A DNA stretch of 37,610 bases from Candidatus Heimdallarchaeota archaeon (GCA_030668825.1 DAOVET010000021.1:1-37610); one strand, 5' to 3'. Counted from the first letter of the stretch, positions 27,445 to 36,089 are shown. Translations and numbers: made by a program. The notes: generated by a model not told the origin, from the sequence alone.

Positions 27445-28377
27445 TTGGTTAAAGCGGTTCTTGTACTGAAAACTTCAGGTTCATGTAGATACTACAGAAT
27501 CTATGATTCCCAATGGGCGTCTGAAGAGAAGAATGTAGAGGTAATCAGTTACATTACTGCAGTAACATCAATTATAAGTGAGTTTGGTGAAAAGTCTCCT
27601 AAACTAATTGAATTTGGTAATAACGAGATTGTTTGTGAAGCAAAAGGGGACTATATTCTCACTATTGTAAAAGAGAAAGGAACTTACGAATCCTTAGTAA
27701 ATAGAGTAAAGAAGAATTTTCAGGATAATTTTCAACCTTTAGAGATAATCAAAGAAAGTAGTCCATGGATTGAAGATGAAGAATTTCTAGAGAAGGAAAG
27801 AGAAGGAATTTATTATTTCATGCGAAATCTGAATTTGATCATCAATAGACGAACAATCAACTCAAAGAAAAATAAAGCTGTTATTGTTGAAGTTGAAGAT
27901 GATTTAGAAGAACCCCTGCTTATACAAGATGTAGATATGTTAATAACCTTAGAATCAGGACAGCCTGTTTTTCTTATGTTGACTTTATCTTTACCCTATG
28001 ATGCAACACTCATAACTGCCTTTATGTCAGCTGTTCTAGATTTAGGTAAATCAATTGGATTAGGGGAACTAAAACTCCTTGAGAGCGAGAATATAATTAT
28101 TTATGTTCAAAAAATTGAGAAAGCGTTCACTGTAGTTATATCTCAGAAGAAAGAATATCGTGCAGTTTATAAAAGGTTTGCAGAATTTGTAGCTGATCTT
28201 TGTAATGATTGGCTTTACAAGCAAGGAATTGAAATAGATGAAGCTTTTCAGATTTTTGAAGAGAAAAAACATTTTGAGGAAATAATTAAGATATTAATTG
28301 ACACAGATACTTGGGAGAAGCATCTTATCAAAGAGTGGGAGAGAGATTATGCTGAACAATTAAGAATAGAAAACTGA
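27445..28377 (+). CDS. Tandem (double) longin-like domain protein
   Basis: Two repeats of the longin pattern: VKAVLVLKTSGSCRY...ISYITAVTSIISEFG...IEFGNNEIV and DMLITLESGQPVF...LITAFMSAVLDLGKSIG...LESENIIIYV. Confidence 0.7.
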   Translation: MVKAVLVLKTSGSCRYYRIYDSQWASEEKNVEVISYITAVTSIISEFGEKSPKLIEFGNNEIVCEAKGDYILTIVKEKGTYESLVNRVKKNFQDNFQPLEIIKESSPWIEDEEFLEKEREGIYYFMRNLNLIINRRTINSKKNKAVIVEVEDDLEEPLLIQDVDMLITLESGQPVFLMLTLSLPYDATLITAFMSAVLDLGKSIGLGELKLLESENIIIYVQKIEKAFTVVISQKKEYRAVYKRFAEFVADLCNDWLYKQGIEIDEAFQIFEEKKHFEEIIKILIDTDTWEKHLIKEWERDYAEQLRIEN

Positions 28378-28441
28378 ATTTGTAAAAGCTAAATATGTAG
28401 TCTTCTTGATATGTTGTTGCTATTAAAAAGAGGAGAGAAAT

Positions 28442-28570
28442 GTGATTAAGGTCAATAAGAAGGCTGTCTTGTTTATCCTAGTATCTTTAGTCCTTCTTCT
28501 ATATCCAACTCATTTACAATCAGAAAATCAAAGTGTAGAAGAAAAGTGTGGCGAGCCTGGTCGGATTTGA
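28442..28570 (+). pseudogene. 42-codon signal-peptide-like ORF running into the 3' end of tRNA-Lys(CUU); gene remnant or microprotein
   Basis: GAGGAG SD (28430-28435), GTG start, then MIKVNKKAVLFILVSLVLLLYPTHLQSENQSVEEKCGEPGRI*. The last 22 nt are antisense to the tRNA. Confidence 0.45.
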
Positions 28571-28625
28571 ACCGACGACCACCGGATTAAGAGTCCGACG
28601 CTCTACCTAACTGAGCCACAGGCCC
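28549..28625 (-). tRNA. tRNA-Lys(CUU), CCA encoded, no intron
   Basis: Reverse complement folds as GGGCCTG TG GCTC AGTTAGGTA GAGC G TCGGA CTCTTAA TCCGG TGGTC GTCGG TTCAAAT CCGAC CAGGCTC GCCA (77 nt). Confidence 0.97.
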
Positions 28626-28679
28626 CAAAGAAAGAAAAGGATTGGTTGTTACTTCTCTTCGTTTCCTTCCTAATCTCTT

Positions 28680-28698
28680 TTTTAATAAAACTTTCGTT
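28680..28698 (-). promoter_or_regulatory. BRE/TATA promoter of tRNA-Lys(CUU)
   Basis: AACGAAAGTTTTATTAAAA, identical to 14206-14224, 54 nt before the tRNA 5' end. Confidence 0.75.
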
Positions 28699-28780
28699 TA
28701 CTCTCCATTTGTTCAAGTTTTAGTTAATAATAATTGGTTTTTGTCCTCCAAATAAATTTTTAAACTAGTCTTGATCAATT

Positions 28781-30124
28781 CTAGAAGGAAACATCAAAAT
28801 CTCTAGAGATTCGGATTATTTTTTGAGAGATATCTCCTTCCAATTTTGTTTTAAAAATAACTTCGATTTTTGGTGTTTTACAATTATGTTTTCTAAACAC
28901 CTGTTGGATTTTCTCTTCTATACTCTTTGAAATAGTTCCTTTATCTGCATTAGTTTCTGGAATAACATGAATTACAACTTTACTATAGTTTTTCTGAATA
29001 GCTTGATATTCTTCAATTTCCTCAGAGCTGCTAATAATAGCACGTCTAATGAAGTCAGGAAAGATAAATTGCATCTCTCCATTATCGTTTCTTTGTGCCC
29101 AAAACAAATCATCTGATCTACCTAGAACTTGCTCAATCACTCTAAATGAAGAACCACACTCACATTTATATGGACTTGTTATGATTAAGTCGTTTAACTC
29201 ATAGCGAATTATTGGTTGTGCAGTTCGATGCAAATCAGTGATTATCATTTTAAAACAAGGTTCTCCTGGGGGTGTTGGTGTTCCATCTGAATTTAAGGTC
29301 TGAACATATATCAAATCCTCATTAATGTGTAAAGAACCATGTTTACAAGACATAGCTATTGATCCCTCACTTGCTTGATATATTTGATGGATTTTACTAC
29401 CATATATTTGTTCAAGCTTTTCTTCAATTTCTGGATAGAGTATTTCAGCATAAGAAATTACTCTCTTGGGGGAGATATTCAATCTGCCTTCGTTTATCTC
29501 GTCTGCAAGCATTTCAAGCATTGAAGGAGGAGCTGAAAGCACGTTTGGTTGAAGTTCTTTTAATTGATGTTTTATTTCATCTATTGTGTTTAATTGACTA
29601 ATGTGAGTAAGTTTTTGTCCGAATTTGTCAATCTGAAAAGCAGGAGTTGTCACACGTAGAATAAATGCAATATTTAATCGTAAAGTTCGAGGAAAACTGA
29701 AACGTGAAAAAAAAGCAGCACGTAAATATTTTTCCTCAGAAGGACTAGTGATAACAACCCCCTTGTTACCGCTTGTTCCCGAAGACATTGCAACATTGTA
29801 CTTTCCATATCGTTTATCATAATTTTGAGTTTCTTCATTCCTTAAACAAAAATCAATTAATTCCTGTTTTTTTAAACCAACTGTGTTATAAGTGGTTAAA
29901 TTCTCCATCATTATTTTCTTATTAACAGTAGGGAGATTCCAGACATCTTTTGAATCCAACTTTCTGTAGTATTCTTTAAAAAAATCTGAACTATTTGTAG
30001 CGTATTGAACAATATTTTGAGATTTCTTTAATTGGTATTTCTCAAGTTTCTCTTTAGACATTGATTTTATACGCCTTCTGCATGCAATAAAGAAGTAGAG
30101 AAATGATTTTGTTTCAAAATCCAC
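28781..30124 (-). CDS. Adenylate-forming enzyme, F390 synthetase/PaaK-related family
   Basis: LPTVNKKIMMEN, SSGTSGNKG, QIYQASEG, LHINED, ITDL, QPIIRYELND, CECGS and GRSDD motifs. GTG at 30124 is preferred as start; the frame is open to TTG at 30205. Confidence 0.85.
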   Translation of the reverse strand: MDFETKSFLYFFIACRRRIKSMSKEKLEKYQLKKSQNIVQYATNSSDFFKEYYRKLDSKDVWNLPTVNKKIMMENLTTYNTVGLKKQELIDFCLRNEETQNYDKRYGKYNVAMSSGTSGNKGVVITSPSEEKYLRAAFFSRFSFPRTLRLNIAFILRVTTPAFQIDKFGQKLTHISQLNTIDEIKHQLKELQPNVLSAPPSMLEMLADEINEGRLNISPKRVISYAEILYPEIEEKLEQIYGSKIHQIYQASEGSIAMSCKHGSLHINEDLIYVQTLNSDGTPTPPGEPCFKMIITDLHRTAQPIIRYELNDLIITSPYKCECGSSFRVIEQVLGRSDDLFWAQRNDNGEMQFIFPDFIRRAIISSSEEIEEYQAIQKNYSKVVIHVIPETNADKGTISKSIEEKIQQVFRKHNCKTPKIEVIFKTKLEGDISQKIIRISRDFDVSF

Positions 30125-30308
30125 TATTATACCAACTGTATATATTATAGGTTGTAATAAATCAATAATAATAATAACTGTTTTGAATGGTCGAAGATGT
30201 TGCAAAAACAGTACGTTTCATTATTGACCAAGATGAAACCTCAAACATTGATCATATCCTCTTGTTGCCAGGTAAACAATAAGTGGAAATATCCTCTCCC
30301 TTTTTTGA

Positions 30309-30875
30309 TTAAACCGCGTATAATTTTTTGAGAAGAACTTCTCTAGATAGGGATTGAAATGCTCTTTTTACTCCAATACCTTCAATGGCTATTGTTTCAT
30401 AAACAGGTATATTTGCCCCCAAATTAAGAGAATCTACTAATTCTTTTTTTGGCATTGCATCAGGGACATCTCTCTTGTTAAGTGCAATAACAATGGGGGT
30501 TTCTGTTCCAATTTTATCTCCCAGTTCATTTTTCAGTTCCTCAGCAGATTCTATATTATCCGCTAACATTGCTCGAGATGAGTCTGCTACAAATAGTAAC
30601 CCATCCACTCCCTTTAACACCAGAGACCTTTGATGCCTATGTCTTCTTTGTCCTGCTACTGTGTATATGTCTAGTATCACTGAAGATGTTGCCATAAAAG
30701 GACTGAAATCAAAATAGATAGTTCTTCCTGATGGATCTTCTATACTATTCAGTCCCCCCTTCTTTATACCAGTAACATCGGTGTGAAGTTTCTTCAGTAG
30801 TGTAGTCTTGCCAGCTAAGCTTGGTCCTACAAAGACCAACTTAAAATGCATTTTTCCTGATGCGTCTTTTCTCAT
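30309..30875 (-). CDS. Small GTPase, MglA family
   Basis: G1 GPSLAGKTT, G2 GRTIYFDF, G3 YTVAGQ (no Asp, as in MglA), GVDGLLFVADS, G4 NKRD and G5 ETIA. Confidence 0.92.
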   Translation of the reverse strand: MRKDASGKMHFKLVFVGPSLAGKTTLLKKLHTDVTGIKKGGLNSIEDPSGRTIYFDFSPFMATSSVILDIYTVAGQRRHRHQRSLVLKGVDGLLFVADSSRAMLADNIESAEELKNELGDKIGTETPIVIALNKRDVPDAMPKKELVDSLNLGANIPVYETIAIEGIGVKRAFQSLSREVLLKKLYAV

Positions 30876-30922
30876 CTTTTCCTCATCAACTTTTCAATGA
30901 TGTCTCCGTGTTTAAGGCCTTC

Positions 30923-31222
30923 TTAACTTTTTTCTCTCAATACAATTAAAACATAATCATTTTCAGGAGCTACTAAAATTTCTCCATGACTTGTATCTAG
31001 GGTGAAGAAATTCAATTCTCCTTCATTTAGCTCAGTAACAACTGCCTTTGCCCTACCTACAAGTGATGCAACTAAAGCTGACACATTTTCTCTCATTTCC
31101 ATGCTAAGATTTTGTGTGCTAGAGATTGGCAGTCCATCATTACTAGTGATTATTACTCCTCTTACTCCCGGATGTGACTCTAAGGATTTTAAAGTCTCTT
31201 CAAATTGTTTTTGTGATATCAT
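30923..31222 (-). CDS. Roadblock/LC7 protein resembling dynein light chain roadblock
   Basis: [29 protein letters not shown]...[14 protein letters not shown]; 99 aa, ending at the last strand with no MglB-type C-terminal helix. Confidence 0.9.
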   Translation of the reverse strand: MISQKQFEETLKSLESHPGVRGVIITSNDGLPISSTQNLSMEMRENVSALVASLVGRAKAVVTELNEGELNFFTLDTSHGEILVAPENDYVLIVLREKS

Positions 31223-31458
31223 TCGATAATCTCCTTTAATTTGGTACCAATTTAATTAATTTTCTCTCAAGATATTAATTCTATTATATACATACTATGA
31301 ATCATTTTTAAAAACTTATGATAGTTTTCAGTGTCAAGAAATGTTTTTCTGGTTAGTTCTTATAGTTTTTTAAATGTGAAAAATAACAATTCACCAAAAT
31401 ATACATTAAGGTTAAGAAATTCTAGAAATTAATCGAATCATTACTCATGTTGGTTCTA

Positions 31459-32139
31459 ATGACAGTTGATGAAAACATAATCGAAGAGAAGAAAAAGGTT
31501 CTCTCTAAACTTCGTTTTCACGATATTTCTTTTACAAATAGAATGATAGATGCCTTCATGAATGTTCCTCGAGAAGAATTTGTATTAGAAAAACATAGAA
31601 ACAGAGCTTACATGGACACCCCTCTACCTATTCTCTCAGGGCAAACAATTAGTGCAATTCACATGGTTATGATTTATATTTCTCCTAAATGTACTGATCC
31701 AAAAGTAGGAGATAAAATCCTTGAAGTTGGGGCTGGAAGTGGATATAATGCTGCCATGTTCGCAGAAATGGTAGCCCCAAAAAATACCCCTGATCCTGGT
31801 CATGTTTATGCTAGTGAGATAATTCCTGAACTTGCTGAGTTTGCTAAAAAAAATATTGAAACAACAGGTTATTCTGATCGCGTAACAATTATTCAATCAG
31901 ACGGTGGATTGGGTTATCTCGAAGAAGCTCCTTATGATATTATCTCTGTTGCAGCAGCTAGTAAAAGAATACCTCCACCTTTGTTAGAGCAGCTGAAAGT
32001 AGGTGGAATCCTTGTTTTACCTCTTGGAAGAACGTTTTACCAAGAACTGGTTATAATAAAAAGAGAATCTGAAGACAATTATTCGGAGAAAAAAATGGGT
32101 GGAGTTGCATTTGTACCCTTAACAGGGAAATTTGGCTAA
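31459..32139 (+). CDS. pcm: Protein-L-isoaspartate O-methyltransferase
   Basis: VPREEFV, AYMDTPLPI, GQTISAIHM, ILEVGAGSGY, APYD, LLEQLKVGG and FVPL motifs. Start is 31447 or 31459. Confidence 0.95.
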   Translation: MTVDENIIEEKKKVLSKLRFHDISFTNRMIDAFMNVPREEFVLEKHRNRAYMDTPLPILSGQTISAIHMVMIYISPKCTDPKVGDKILEVGAGSGYNAAMFAEMVAPKNTPDPGHVYASEIIPELAEFAKKNIETTGYSDRVTIIQSDGGLGYLEEAPYDIISVAAASKRIPPPLLEQLKVGGILVLPLGRTFYQELVIIKRESEDNYSEKKMGGVAFVPLTGKFG

Positions 32140-32201
32140 TTTCTTCTTTTAGGCAAGTTTTTTAACTAAAATATAGAAATTAACATGCTAGGTGAACACT
32201 T

Positions 32202-33239
32202 ATGGGTGTTAAAAAAATAAGCGATCTTTTTCAAGGAACCCCCATCGATTTAGACCAACTGAGACAAAAGAAGTTAGCAGTGGATGCTTACAATATAATC
32301 TATCAGTTTCTAGCTTCTATACGTGGATATGATGGAGGTCTCTTAACAGATTCAGAAGGAGTGGTAACTAGTCATCTATCTGGTCTGTTGTACAGAAATG
32401 CAAGATTGATTGAAAAAGGAATTCAGCTAGTTTATGTTTTTGATGGAAAACCATCCCAACTAAAGAGAGAGGAAATTAAAAGAAGAGCTGCAGTAAAACA
32501 AAAAGCTAGAGAAGAACTTGAAGAAGCATTGGAAAGGGGTGATATGGAAAGAGCTCGTACAGTAGCCCAAAGAACTAGTAAACTTACAAAACCTATGGTT
32601 GAGGATAGTAAGAAGCTTCTATCCCTAATGGGAATTCCTGTAGTTGAATCACCTCAAGAAGGTGAGTCACAAGCTGCTTATTTAGTAAGAAAAAACAAAG
32701 TTTATGCTGTTGCATCTCAGGACTATGACAGTTTACTTTTCGGTTCTCCTATATTGATAAGAAACCTGACTTTATCTGGAAGAAGAAAACTTCCTCGATC
32801 TAATAGGTTCACTACCATAAATGTTGAACTCTACAATCAAAGAGATTTACTTCAAGCTCTTGAAATCACAAGAGAACAGCTTATTGATTTATCCATTTTA
32901 ATTGGTACAGACTTCAATCCAGATGGTGTCAAAGGAGTTGGCCCCAAAACAGCTTACAAATATATTAAACAACATGGAAACTTAGAAACAGTTCTGGAAA
33001 ATGAAACCAGAATAGAATTAGATGCTGATTATGAAGCAATAAGAGACATTTTTCTTAATCCTCCACTAGTTAAAGACGTTAACCTAAAATTCAAATCGAT
33101 AGATGTTGAAGGAACAGTTGAGTTTCTATGTGAAGAGCGCGGATTTGCAAAAGAAAGAGTAATTAATACTCTCCAAAGAGCAAAGAAAGGGCAAGAAACT
33201 GCTTTGAAGCAGAAAAGTCTTGACGCATTTTTTGGTTGA
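32202..33239 (+). CDS. fen: Flap endonuclease 1
   Basis: MGV, VDAYNIIYQFL, TSHLSGL, VFDGKP, EGESQAA, SQDYD, GTDFN, GVGPKTA and C-terminal PIP box QKSLDAFF. Confidence 0.97.
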   Translation: MGVKKISDLFQGTPIDLDQLRQKKLAVDAYNIIYQFLASIRGYDGGLLTDSEGVVTSHLSGLLYRNARLIEKGIQLVYVFDGKPSQLKREEIKRRAAVKQKAREELEEALERGDMERARTVAQRTSKLTKPMVEDSKKLLSLMGIPVVESPQEGESQAAYLVRKNKVYAVASQDYDSLLFGSPILIRNLTLSGRRKLPRSNRFTTINVELYNQRDLLQALEITREQLIDLSILIGTDFNPDGVKGVGPKTAYKYIKQHGNLETVLENETRIELDADYEAIRDIFLNPPLVKDVNLKFKSIDVEGTVEFLCEERGFAKERVINTLQRAKKGQETALKQKSLDAFFG

Positions 33240-34513
33240 TGATTCAAATGTCTTCTAAATACACAATTTTTGTTAAACTTGGTTCTAACAAAGCCTTATC
33301 AAAATTGGAGTTATCTGTTTTGCTAAAAAAATTAGGTGTAGAAGATGTTGCTTTCACTGAATGGATGGATTATATTTTATTGAAGCTAAACAGAAATACT
33401 TTTACTAAATTCTTTAAAATTCTTGACTATACGGGGAGCATAATAAAAGCAGGATACCTGAATTCTGAAGTGAATATTGATAAGGAAGACATCTGGAAAC
33501 TGAAACTAAAAGATCATTTGATTATGAACATAGAAAAATTTTCATTTGAGAAAAATAAATTATTAAAAATTGCTTTGGATATTCAAGCAAAAAATATCGA
33601 GTTACGTAATAGGATTATCAATTACATCAGAACAACTATCAAAAACTATTCAAAAGAAGTGAAGATTCAAACAAAGATTATTGGAATGAAAAAAACCTAT
33701 TCAGAGTTAACACCTTTTCAGTTTTACAAGGAGAATTTTCCTAAGAGAGGATTGGAAGTAATAAGTTTCAGCGTAAAGTCCAAACTTATCTTTGGTATAA
33801 CAAAATGGGTTACTAATCCTTTACTAGATATAAAACAAGATGAAAGGCGTCAAACAAGACTTTTTACTCATGGAACATCAATTAAACTAGCTCGAACGCT
33901 TGTCTTTCTCTCTGAGGTTTCTAATGATGGATTATTACTAGATCCCTTCTGTGGAACAGGTACTATACTTATTGAAGCACTTAAACAAAAAATGCAGACA
34001 ATAGGGGTGGATAAAGATCCTAAATGCTTCAGAGCATCTAAGGATAATCTCAATGCTTTCAGTCTTCAATACCCTGCAAGAGCAAAAATGAAGGACAAAT
34101 GGAAAGTTTATAGTCAAGATTCTAGAGATTTGGGGAAAATTTTGAAAGAGAAAAGTCTTGACGCTATTGTTACCGAACCATATCTTGGACCTTTCTTGAA
34201 GCAATTACCTTCAATTGAAGAAGCTAGAGAAACTATGAAAACTCTCGAAAAGTTATACATCAGAGTGCTGAGAGAAGGTTCCAATCTTCTAATGGATACT
34301 GGGAAAATTATATTCATACTTCCAGTGTATCACTACTCAGATAAACTTGAAGTGCATCCCGATATAGAAAGAATAGCTAGTCAGTGTTCCTTAATCAATC
34401 AAGAATCAAGTAAATTTTTCCATGTTTCTCTCCCTTTACAAATAGGAAGAAAACACAATATCATTAATAGATATCTAACTATTTTCACAAAACAGTTGAA
34501 CGAAACAAGATGA
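33239..34513 (+). CDS. Trm11/TrmG10-like (UPF0020) RNA methyltransferase
   Basis: KLARTLV, LLDPFCGTGTILIEA and DAIVTEPYLG motifs; TGATG stop/start overlap with fen. Confidence 0.8.
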   Translation: MIQMSSKYTIFVKLGSNKALSKLELSVLLKKLGVEDVAFTEWMDYILLKLNRNTFTKFFKILDYTGSIIKAGYLNSEVNIDKEDIWKLKLKDHLIMNIEKFSFEKNKLLKIALDIQAKNIELRNRIINYIRTTIKNYSKEVKIQTKIIGMKKTYSELTPFQFYKENFPKRGLEVISFSVKSKLIFGITKWVTNPLLDIKQDERRQTRLFTHGTSIKLARTLVFLSEVSNDGLLLDPFCGTGTILIEALKQKMQTIGVDKDPKCFRASKDNLNAFSLQYPARAKMKDKWKVYSQDSRDLGKILKEKSLDAIVTEPYLGPFLKQLPSIEEARETMKTLEKLYIRVLREGSNLLMDTGKIIFILPVYHYSDKLEVHPDIERIASQCSLINQESSKFFHVSLPLQIGRKHNIINRYLTIFTKQLNETR

Positions 34514-34538
34514 AATCCTCATATTCTATTTTGTTATT

Positions 34539-34820
34539 TTAGTCTTCTCCAACAGCCAAAAAGTGCATGTCTTTGGTCATTGATTGAATTCTACGTTTAG
34601 TTTTTGATATCCAACCAACATGGATCAAGCCTTGATTTTCGAGTGTCATTAAAGCTTTATTGAGTTCACTATCTGAAAAGTCTCCATACATATCTTTTAA
34701 TGAATTTTCTAAATCGTTTTCTATAATTACTCCTCCTCTTTTCTCAAGGACTGCTAAAATACACGATTTAAGTGGTGTAACCTTCCACATGTCGTTTTTG
34801 TTCATGAAATATATTTTCAT
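34539..34820 (-). CDS. Small winged-helix protein
   Basis: ILAVLEKRGGVIIENDLENSL...SDSELNKALMTLENQGLIHV winged-helix pattern. The start could be any of three Met codons. Confidence 0.78.
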   Translation of the reverse strand: MKIYFMNKNDMWKVTPLKSCILAVLEKRGGVIIENDLENSLKDMYGDFSDSELNKALMTLENQGLIHVGWISKTKRRIQSMTKDMHFLAVGED

Positions 34821-34967
34821 GTATCTGTTTAAATGCCTTGTGATTGAGAAAAAAACTGTTCTTAGTATTCCCTTTTATTATTGGGGAAATTTTTTGTAAT
34901 CCTAAAAAAAGACTTCACGTAAAGCAAAATTTTTAATAGGTGTAATTTTTGACCTCTTCAAGTCATC

Positions 34968-35150
34968 ATGAATACAAGAAATAGGATATACCTGATATTC
35001 TTTTTGGCTATAGGAATTATTTTATTTATTATTGCTATAGTCCAAGGTCAAATTTTGAGGTACGAAGCAATCAGTTCATTTACTGATTTTGTAATGAAAG
35101 ATTTCTTGAGTGCATATGTAACTGGTTTTCCAAATCCAATAACAGGATAG
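34968..35150 (+). CDS. Small single-pass membrane protein, partner of the downstream Fe-S membrane protein
   Basis: Basic N-terminus, hydrophobic helix IYLIFFLAIGIILFIIAIV; 15 nt upstream of the next gene; TATA-like TTTTAATA upstream. Confidence 0.65.
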   Translation: MNTRNRIYLIFFLAIGIILFIIAIVQGQILRYEAISSFTDFVMKDFLSAYVTGFPNPITG

Positions 35151-35165
35151 GATAAGTGATTAGAA

Positions 35166-36089
35166 ATGGCTACAAAGCAAATAAAACCAATACTTTCGAC
35201 CATATTTAGGCCTATTCAAGATCATAGAATTAGGGTTATTAGAACAATTGTACAGATTATAATGTTTGGACTTCTTAATGGTTTAATCTTCGGAATAGGA
35301 AGACTTCCAATCCTCCTTCCAATAGCTTATCCAACTGGTGGTCCTTTCTCCACAGTTTGGAATGCCTTTGAAGCACTACAATATCTTCTTACAGCATGGG
35401 TATTCCCATATCTAGCACTTTCTGTATTCTTACTATTTGGATCAATTTTTGGAAAAACTACCTGTGGGTGGGTTTGTCCATTTGGTTTCTTTCAAGATTT
35501 ATTTAGACTGATTCCTATTAAGAAAAAGCGCGTATCCCGTCCAACTAACAAGAATTTAAGTAAAATTGGAACAACAATTCTTGTTTTTATCTTAATAATG
35601 TCTTTCGTAATCGGTATCACATTCAATAATAGCGGTGTAAAGACAACATTTGGAGCGGGTAAGGATATGCCTTTTAGCACCATCGATCCTTCCTCAACAC
35701 TTTTTGCAACTCTGTATTATTACCTATATTGGGGGATGCAAAATGCTTCTTTTGGAGCAGAAATAGGTCAATGGAAATTCTTATTCTTCTTACGTATAAT
35801 TATTTTCATTATTGTGCTTGGATTAATCACAGTATATCCAAGAGCTTATTGTAGATGGCTATGTCCAACAGGTGTGCTTCTAGGACTTTTCAGTCGATTT
35901 AGTATATTTGGTCTGAGAATAAACAAGAACAGGTGTATAAGTGGTTGTGATAGTTGTGAAAAAGCATGTCCAATTCAAGTCCCTATCCTGACGTATGATA
36001 AAGATGTTACGGATAAGATGTGCATCAATTGTGGTGAGTGTATTGATGCATGTAAAGAAGGGGCATTAAAACTAACATTTAGAATCTAG
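35166..36089 (+). CDS. Membrane 4Fe-4S protein, NapH/MauN/FixG-like family
   Basis: Several transmembrane helices, two CxxxCP motifs (CGWVCP, CRWLCP) and C-terminal ferredoxin motifs CISGCDSCEKACP and CINCGECIDAC. Confidence 0.9.
   Translation: MATKQIKPILSTIFRPIQDHRIRVIRTIVQIIMFGLLNGLIFGIGRLPILLPIAYPTGGPFSTVWNAFEALQYLLTAWVFPYLALSVFLLFGSIFGKTTCGWVCPFGFFQDLFRLIPIKKKRVSRPTNKNLSKIGTTILVFILIMSFVIGITFNNSGVKTTFGAGKDMPFSTIDPSSTLFATLYYYLYWGMQNASFGAEIGQWKFLFFLRIIIFIIVLGLITVYPRAYCRWLCPTGVLLGLFSRFSIFGLRINKNRCISGCDSCEKACPIQVPILTYDKDVTDKMCINCGECIDACKEGALKLTFRI

Noticed and set aside
30215-30239. Short inverted repeat GTTTCAT...ATGAAAC
   Set aside because: Seven-bp AT-rich arms are expected by chance in a sequence this AT-rich.
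2897-35683. Many nested or antisense ORFs (for example 2897..3109, 3652..3900, 8427..8819, 9889..10209, 14526..14987, 19886..20176, 22243..22518, 31002..31229, 33938..34204, 35492..35683)
   Set aside because: They are shadows of well-supported genes, with the S/F/L/I-rich composition expected from antisense reading and no motifs.
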